This document shows positions 51,519 to 64,000 of a stretch of DNA of 64,000 nt, in pieces. The notes under the pieces are model-generated. The model searched no databases. It saw only the letters and a list, made by a program, of their open reading frames with translations, and was not told the origin of the DNA. Each line of letters opens with the position of its first letter. Position 1 is the stretch's first letter. Made by a program: the position numbers and the translations under genes. Origin of the DNA: Amoebophrya sp. A120. Taxonomy: Eukaryota; Protista; Dinoflagellata. The stretch covers positions 1,571,216-1,635,215 of the forward strand of contig CAJINV010000011.1 of the NCBI GenBank assembly GCA_905178155.1, in the 5' to 3' direction.

Positions 51519-52884
51519 TAATTCTACTACAACGAGCAGTACAGTATGATTCCCGACGATCTGGTTCACCAGGATCAATCTGTTTCGTCCTTTTCTGTTT
51601 CGCACACTTTTTTGGATATTTAGCAATATGATGATTTTTTTTACGCATACAATACGCAGGAGGTAGTATAATTACACCGGCATTTTCTTGTTGTCTCTCA
51701 TCATCAACGTTGAAAATCAGTTTTGACTTTCTGTTTGAACTTTATCGAAAACCGATTATAGAAGATGAAGTCAACAACAACATTTCCTCGGGCGTCTCAG
51801 TCCGCTCGAAGATGGTTCTGCTCTTCAGTACCGTTTCGCACGACCCACAGTGGTAAGGTTGCGCTAGTAGCTAATGCACTTCGACGTTGTGCTGCCGTTT
51901 TAGCCCTGCAACTCTGTGTAGCTTATAGCAATGCAAACGCATGATCTTCCCCTTCGAGAACATCGATTTTATCCTCCACAGGAACCATATTTACTTTTAC
52001 ACCAGAGAAAAACTCCCCAAAGACGTTACACCTATGATTTTCCCATTTTTTTCGCAGATAAATCGAAATGAACCAATGAATTGTGTATGGTGTAAATTAT
52101 GTGTCTGTATAATTTTCATCGATCCCCCCACCCGCCTTGGCGTGATGTTGGAAACTGCATTTTGATTGTAGTATCAAACAGAAATAAGGACAGCAACGGC
52201 GCTATCGGACAGCTTGAAGTCTATTACGTTTACGATCGATGCTAATGGCGTGAGGGTATCGCCTGTTGTTCCATTCGACGCTGCTTCGTGTTTGTTGTTT
52301 GCTGATCATTCTTTTCTGTCCAAACAACGACAACGCTGGGGAACAAAATCTGTAGTTTTCATCCCGTCCTCTGCTTGATCAACTTGATATTCTCTGGTCA
52401 GGAATTATCCTATGAATAAAAGGAGACGTGCGCAGCGATGTTGATGAGCGCAGACAGAAGCCGTGGATCCTTTCCCCTTTCGCGTACCCTCCAATGCAAC
52501 AAGATCACAGATGGTTCTCGAGTTGTCGGTATGTGAAAATACAACTACATTATCTGTCTGTGTCACACGTTGTCAGTGCGCGCTTGATTATTTCACGACT
52601 ACAAGATCAAGAACGAATCACATCAGCGGCAGCTGCGAGTTGTTGATAGACCGAGGAAGGCCCGCTCGCATAGTACGACCTTTCTTGCGTTGATAATAGA
52701 GTTCCTGTTCCACCACCACCTGTTATGCCTTGAATTCCGCTTCCAGAACCGCCTATGATTGGTGGTTTTATTTCAAGAACAGGAAACTAGAATTCTATTT
52801 TTACCTTCATTTAGAAGCCGCGCTTTTTATTTGCAACATCACTGCACATCATCCGCTACACGTACACCCAAAAGTGTAGAAATC

Positions 52885-53883
52885 ATGTCCATCAAAAAGC
52901 GGCTAGTTGTGGCGGTTGACCTGGATGAAGTTCTGGGTCAGTTTCTGATATCCCACGAAAAAAGTGTTACAGTTACACATTTGTAGTCAATTCAGCAACA
53001 CAAATTTCTCTGCATGAGAGAAAGCTCGTAATGCAGAAATCCTACGGGGAAACAACTATGAAACGAGGCTCCTATCCATATCCGGCATGACAGAGCTTGT
53101 CTGTCTTGCTTGGCATGCAACACAATGTGTAACTGTAACACTGATTTCTTGCGATATCTGAACGCCTTAGTCCAGTACTACAACCAGGAAAAACAGAAAA
53201 CCTTCGCCGTTTCCGACTTTTTCAGTTACCGGTTCTGCGACGTGTGGGGCGGCACCAACGAGGAAGCGACCGAAGTCGTGCACGCGTTTTTCGAGACGGA
53301 GTTTTTTAAGCAGAGAATCCTGCCGATTGACGACGCAAAGCAGGTTTTGGAGAAGTGGAAGGGGAAGGATATTATCGATTTCTACGTGGTCACCTCAAGG
53401 CAAACCGTGATTTTAGAAGAAACGAAAGCGTGGCTCGAGCAGCACTACAGCGGGATTTTCAAGGGAATTCTGTCCGGGAACCACTGGGCCAGGGAAAACG
53501 CGCATCTGGGCATGGTGACCAGCGAAAATGGTGGTGGGAAGGATTCAAATCAGCCAGAGCTGGTGCCGTCATCTGCGCCTGTCGCAACACCTTCAAATAA
53601 TAAATCCTCATCTCGTTCCAAAGCGGAGATGTGTAGGGAGATCGAAGCCAACCTCTTGATCGACGACGCGCCGGCCTATGCGAAGGATTGCCTGGAGAAT
53701 GTGAGCAGCATGCGGAAAGTAGTGTTATTCGGAGATTACGGGTGGAACCAGAAAGTGCCAGAAGAAATTGCGAGCATGCTGGAAAATGTAGACGACGAGC
53801 AAAAAAGGGTGGTGCGGTGTGCTGACTGGCTGCAAGTGGATAAGGAATTGGAGAAATTGGTGGCGGAGTTCGTTGTTGAATGA
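52885..53883 (+). CDS. HAD-superfamily 5'(3')-nucleotidase (NT5C-like)
   Basis: VAVDLDEVL (motif I), VVTSRQ (II), SKAEMC..LIDD (III/IV); one IE at 52949-53156. Confidence 0.88.
52949..53156. mobile_element. Introner, family J
   Basis: TIR agtgttacagttacacatt; DR tctga; interrupts NT5C at QFL|NAL. Confidence 0.92.
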
Positions 53884-54847
53884 TTCGACGGCAACATGAT
53901 GATAAATTATCCCTGCCGATGAACAAAAAGAAAATCAAAATGCTGCTGCATGCAATATGCACGCAAGCGCTACTATATTGAGTTCTTACTTACCAGGAAA
54001 GCATAGCACGCGATCCGACGGCAACATATTGCTCACTCTCAATTGAAGATTTTTCCACCCACGCCAGCGGCGCTGTGGTCATGGCCCCCGCAATTTCATC
54101 TCGCACCCGCATCTAGTCATTGATTGTCAGCGTTGATGTTAAGCCCACCGCCCGCGCTCAAATGAGTACTATGGCGCCCTCTCTGACGAGAGTGTTCCGA
54201 TAGACATGGTGATGAATTTCTACTTATTTCGTGCGAGCAGTACTGCTGGGGTCCGTCATCTCCATACTTTTGTGAAATCAGAGATGCGACGGCTCCTGCA
54301 CAATGAAGATTAGAGAAAATTCAGAAGTGCGTTGCTGTGAGAAGATTCTGATCCGCATATTTTTGTGCCCGAATCGAGTCTGCATGATCATAAGAACAAC
54401 GCACTCACCTTACAATTTGTTTTTTCAGTCAATGTGTTTTAAAAGTACTAGTGTGAGTTGGAGTTGTAATGTGTAGCTGAGTAGATCATGATCTCGACCT
54501 GTACTACCTGATCGTGATCCTGAAGCTAAATTTGGGTAGCGACTTGAATTTCATAGCGACAGAGTGATCAGTTCTTTTGTACCTCTTTCTACAACTACCA
54601 GAGTCGTGCACAAAAAAGAATCATGGCGCTTCGACCGCCCTCACATTATTCATCGTTGCAGCCGCCGTCCAGGAGGACCAGTAGAGGGTAGTAGAAAGCA
54701 CGTGTTCTTGTGTGCTGGGTACAAGCCGTGCGACCTCCCCTGAAGTGCTGCTGCTGGCAATACAGCTACAAAACCACGACAACGACGCAATCCGAATCCC
54801 AATCGCAAAGCAAGCAACCAGAAGCAACAATAAAAACCCACTAAACC

Positions 54848-56261
54848 ATGAACGCCGTTCTCAACGCCGCGATCGGGGAGCAGCCCCCGGTGACCCGGGC
54901 CTTATCCAGGAAAAAACACTCATCTCCATCCAATTTGTCATGCAAAACATACATAAACTCCCGTGTTTGTCATGCAAAAAATGAATGGGGATGGGATGGG
55001 TGTTTTTTCCTGGATAGGCCTACCTCCTACTCTCCACCTTCCTGATGGCCCTCTGCTCCCTCGACCTGCTCTCCCCCTTCCAACTGTATTTGAACTGGCA
55101 CTTGGTGCTCACGCAGTTCCAGATTTGGCGAATTTTCACCTGCTTTCTCTTCTTCGGGACCTTCGGATTACCGTTTTTCTGGAACGCGTATTATTCTGAG
55201 TAAAAACGTCCCCGCCCGAGAGTTGTCATGCAATTCTGCATACCAAAAAAGTTTCTCATGCGGAGCCCTATGAGAAGCATTTTCTTTGCGTGTTTTGGAA
55301 TTTGTGATGCCAGAATCAGAATGATATGCTAGGTCTGTGATGCTTTTGAGCTAGCTAAACAGGATTACACTACGAGGACAAACTTGTCATGCCAGACAAC
55401 CAAAGCTGTGTTATTTGTCTAGCAGATTTCCCATCTTCACTCTGGTGTGGGGAAGTTTTTAAGCAGGATACTTATGTGCTCGTGTTCTACTGCGCGTCGT
55501 TGGAGGGGATGAGCTTCCGGGGCAAGCCCGCGGACTTTCTCTGGATGCTGTTGTCGGGGAGTTGGTATGATCGTGTGCAAAAGTATCGTACTTGTATGTC
55601 AACTGCAATCATGCATGACAAAAAAAGTTTTTTACCTTACTCACCATGACAAATTGACTTTTCAGCTTGGACAAATTTGTGATGCGATTTCCACGTGGTG
55701 CGATGCTTTTGTAATGCATACTTGGATGCTGCTTTTCATCGCCTACTTCTTCGACGCGAGTTACTTCATTTCCGGCGCCATGATCGACATCATGACCTAC
55801 GTATGGGGAAGGAGAAATAGCAACGCAAGGGTAAGTGGTACAACGAGCAGAGCACCTGGCACTTGCTCAAAATACTATCCATACGATTTTGTAGCTTTTG
55901 ACACTGGTCGTGCGCCGACAGACTCTAAATTCAGTTTTTACTAGTTTGTTGCAGTTGCACGTGTTGTTTCTTTTTGATGCTGTTCTCTTCATACGTGTAA
56001 AACCTACAGAAACAGAAATCACAAAACCAACCAAAGGTCCACGTGATTTTTCTCACGGTCCGTGCCCCCTACCTCCCCTGGGCGCTGGCCTTCGTGTCCC
56101 TCCTGATGGGTGCCCCCGTACAGGATCACATTTACGGCATCATCGTCGGGCACACCTACTACTTCTTCGAGGATGTTTATCCGCTGATGCCGACCTCCAA
56201 GGGCTTTCGCTTGTTTAGGACGCCATGGATATTGCGCGTCTTGTGTCAGCAGCAGGATTAA
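54848..56261 (+). CDS. Derlin (Der1-like ERAD membrane protein)
   Basis: [62 protein letters not shown]; 3 IEs plus GT-AG intron 55831-56036. Confidence 0.93.
54903..55016. mobile_element. Introner, family H
   Basis: TIR tatccaggaaaaaacac; DR ggcct; interrupts Derlin at VTRA|Y. Confidence 0.93.
55192..55470. mobile_element. Introner, family K
   Basis: TIR taaaaac.tcccc; DR cgtat/cttat. Confidence 0.88.
55566..55720. mobile_element. Introner, family A
   Basis: TIR caaaag.atcg; DR gttgg/cttgg. Confidence 0.85.
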
Positions 56262-57651
56262 GTGCAGGGGAGTACCAGAACCTCGTCGCAACAGCAGGAA
56301 ATTTTGCTACGGCATTTCGTGAAGAACACAGGATGTAGTAGCAGCTGCAGTCCGATGACGGGGCACAGCATCTCGCCAAGAATCAAGGGCAACATGATTT
56401 TATCAGCAGCTGCTTACGGTCGTCGCACTTCATTCATCACGTCTACTTCGAAGAAGCTGGTTATAATGACAACTGTCTTTGTGTTGACACTGTGTGGATC
56501 CTGATGTTCATCGCAAAAATCGCCGCGGCGCGCAACGAATAGCACCTTGTCAAGCTGCACCTGGTGTACCGAAGTAGCGGAGCTGTCGCGCGTTGGTCAT
56601 CCAGTTACGCCGGCCCGGAGCGGATATGCGTCAACACAGCGCCGAATCAAGCGGGTTTAAGTATGGGCAAAGATAAGAAGCAGCTCCCCCCGCTCCTGTC
56701 CGTGACAACTGCTGCAGGTGCAGCACAGGAGGAGGCACTGTAACCGTCGTGCTGCTCCTTGTCCTGCTCAATCTTCGACCTCGTCAAGGATGTGGGCACG
56801 GTACAACCTCTTGCTTTCAGAGATAAATTACAACGAAAGCCGCGCTACGATTACAGTTCGCACACGGGAAGATGATGACGCATGTTGCTTCATCTTTTGC
56901 TGCAGCCGCAAGGGCACCCGCGCGAGGAGACGCCTACTCCGCTGTGTTGGGCTCTGGAAAGGAGAGAAATGTCAGCAACCGCCCATGCTCGTGAAAATTA
57001 TCAGGGGGCCAAACATTAAGCCACAATGTCTAACACAGAAGCTAGCTGCACGACCTTGTCGACCGAGATTGCGCTGCTCCACCTGTTACTTACTTTTTCT
57101 AGCGACACCGACACCCCATAGTTTTCATAGTAAATACGACGCAGAATATCATGAAGATGAACTTCACTTCGCGGAAATTGTTGACTCTCTACATAGGAAG
57201 CGAAAGCGTGCGGCGCCGGGGATCAAACTCCATTTTTGGTGAATCTGTAAAGGAGCGTTGCTTTCATGTTGATGTTCTTCAGTCCGTGCGTCTTTCAATG
57301 ACATTAAGACACGTAGAAGTACTAGAAAGGCTGTTGATCAAAGAGACAAAACTTCACCTAAACAAAAACATCACTCGGTCTAGTTACGCACTCTTGTGGA
57401 TTTTTTTCAAGGCAGAAGCCATGCGGAAAAGCTACATGATCATGGAGTGGAGATGAAAGCCTTGCTTGTTCTGCCGCGCCTCTCATTTTTGAGTTGTAGA
57501 GTACTTACGTATAATCTTATCCACCACTTCCAATGCCACAGCACGGGCAACTGCAGCTTGCCGTCCGTGCACCAGGAGAGATTCTTCTTTTAGCGACCGG
57601 AACTCTTTAACGTACAAAAAGTTAAAATCGAATTGGTGAATAGAACAGTGA

Positions 57652-62673
<5,022 letters not shown>

Positions 62674-64000
62674 AACATGCAGCAGCCACTGGCTCTTGCG
62701 GAAGGCGTTCGCTTCAGGTCGAAGTACTGAAGCAGGACAGCATGCTATCTTCTGCTTTGGATGCCAAGAACCGCAAGATCATATCGACACAAACGATGTA
62801 TCCTTTATCATCTTTATTATCGCAAGGGAAAAAACAACAGTCCATTTGTGTAGACTTTTCAATTTTTCAAGGATAGTGAACAACTTGCACTGCTATTGCG
62901 TCCCTCGTTCGTCCCTGAAGCAATGAAACGAAACATCTTGGCGGTAGTTATCGCTGAGTGTACTTCTTTCAGGGGATGAAAATGAACTTGGGACAGCAGA
63001 AGCTCTGTGGTTGGAGATCTATTACCGCTAGGATCATATCAGGGTTAACAAAGTCTATTTGTATAGCACACAAGACAAGTTGTGACAAGCTTTATCGATT
63101 CAACAAGTATTTTCCTGCGCACATTTATGCGTAGCAGGTCTTTCACCCTTTTTTCTCTTTTCTTCGTGTGTAACCAAAGAAAAACAAAACCGCGGCACTT
63201 TGTGACCCCTGTGTTTATTTTACGTCTGGCACCATAAAAGGGAAACGATCATTGTATTTCTTGACTTACTCAAACTCATTTTCCGCCGGAATGAACTCGC
63301 TTCCAGGCAACGAAACACTTTGAGAACTCCCAAAGTTGGATTTCCAAAGACAAAGTTGGAAAAGAAGTCATGGCGCCAGAATGAAAGACGTAGTAAAGTC
63401 ATGCAAGTTTGCGCATGGTGGTCAAAAAGAACCACTACAGTGAAGACTCTCACACCAACGCAGTTTTTCCCCGGGATTTTGCTTGTGGAGGGACGTGGCG
63501 CTGCTACAGGCAATTAAGAGATTACTATATACTTCTTTCCTTCTACGTACATACTAGCAGCGCGCCACCGACGCGGCATTCATGGAGGACGCGCAGGGCA
63601 TCGCCGACGCCTCCGCGATGTTGTCTTCCTACCGCGCCGACTCTTCAAAATGTAAAGAAGGGAAACTGCGCAACTACCCGGAGGGGGATACTGCGGGCGG
63701 TTTGCGGCGCCGGCCCCGCCCCCCGAGCGCGATGCGGGAGGGGGCTCCGTCAGTTTGGCCCGGCTTACCTGTGTGCGTGCGCGCTTGGCGCCGTCTTTGT
63801 TCTTCCGCGCGCCCCCCTTCTGCCGGGGTTCTGGGGCGGCGGGCCGGCCCAGTCGCGCAGTTCGGGGGCGGCGAGGTCTCTCGGCCCAGAAAATGCCAGG
63901 GCGGCCCCGGAATCGCTTGCCGCCTTAGAACTGCAGCGATTTGCGGTAGATGTCTTATCTGACAACCTATACAGAGCCTACCCGAATAGCAGCCGGGCCT

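Overview
Eukaryotic genomic DNA, most likely an alveolate (Amoebophrya/Syndiniales-like, inferred from intron architecture). All ~11 recognisable protein genes are on the + strand. They include a C2HC zinc-finger protein, a MINDY-3/4-type deubiquitinase, an NT5C-like HAD nucleotidase, a Derlin and a monomeric NADP-isocitrate dehydrogenase. The dominant feature is 57 short (99-621 bp) MITE-like 'introner' insertions (IE), all inside coding exons. Each has terminal inverted repeats with consensus TAT...ATA ends, a 5-bp target direct repeat (DR) and internal GCAT(G/T/C)ACAA motifs. Removing element plus one DR restores the reading frame, usually without GT-AG ends, and copies of one family occur in both orientations. 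Family letters A-K below are my own labels. Also present: a Penelope-like RT element with a 19-bp flanking duplication; a SINE-like insert nested in an introner; perfect palindromes with a single-G spacer; and a 2.9-kb interruption of a gene built from four copies of a ~36-bp coding repeat separated by unrelated, partly GC-rich structured spacers. All coordinates and gene models were read by eye and have no transcript support.
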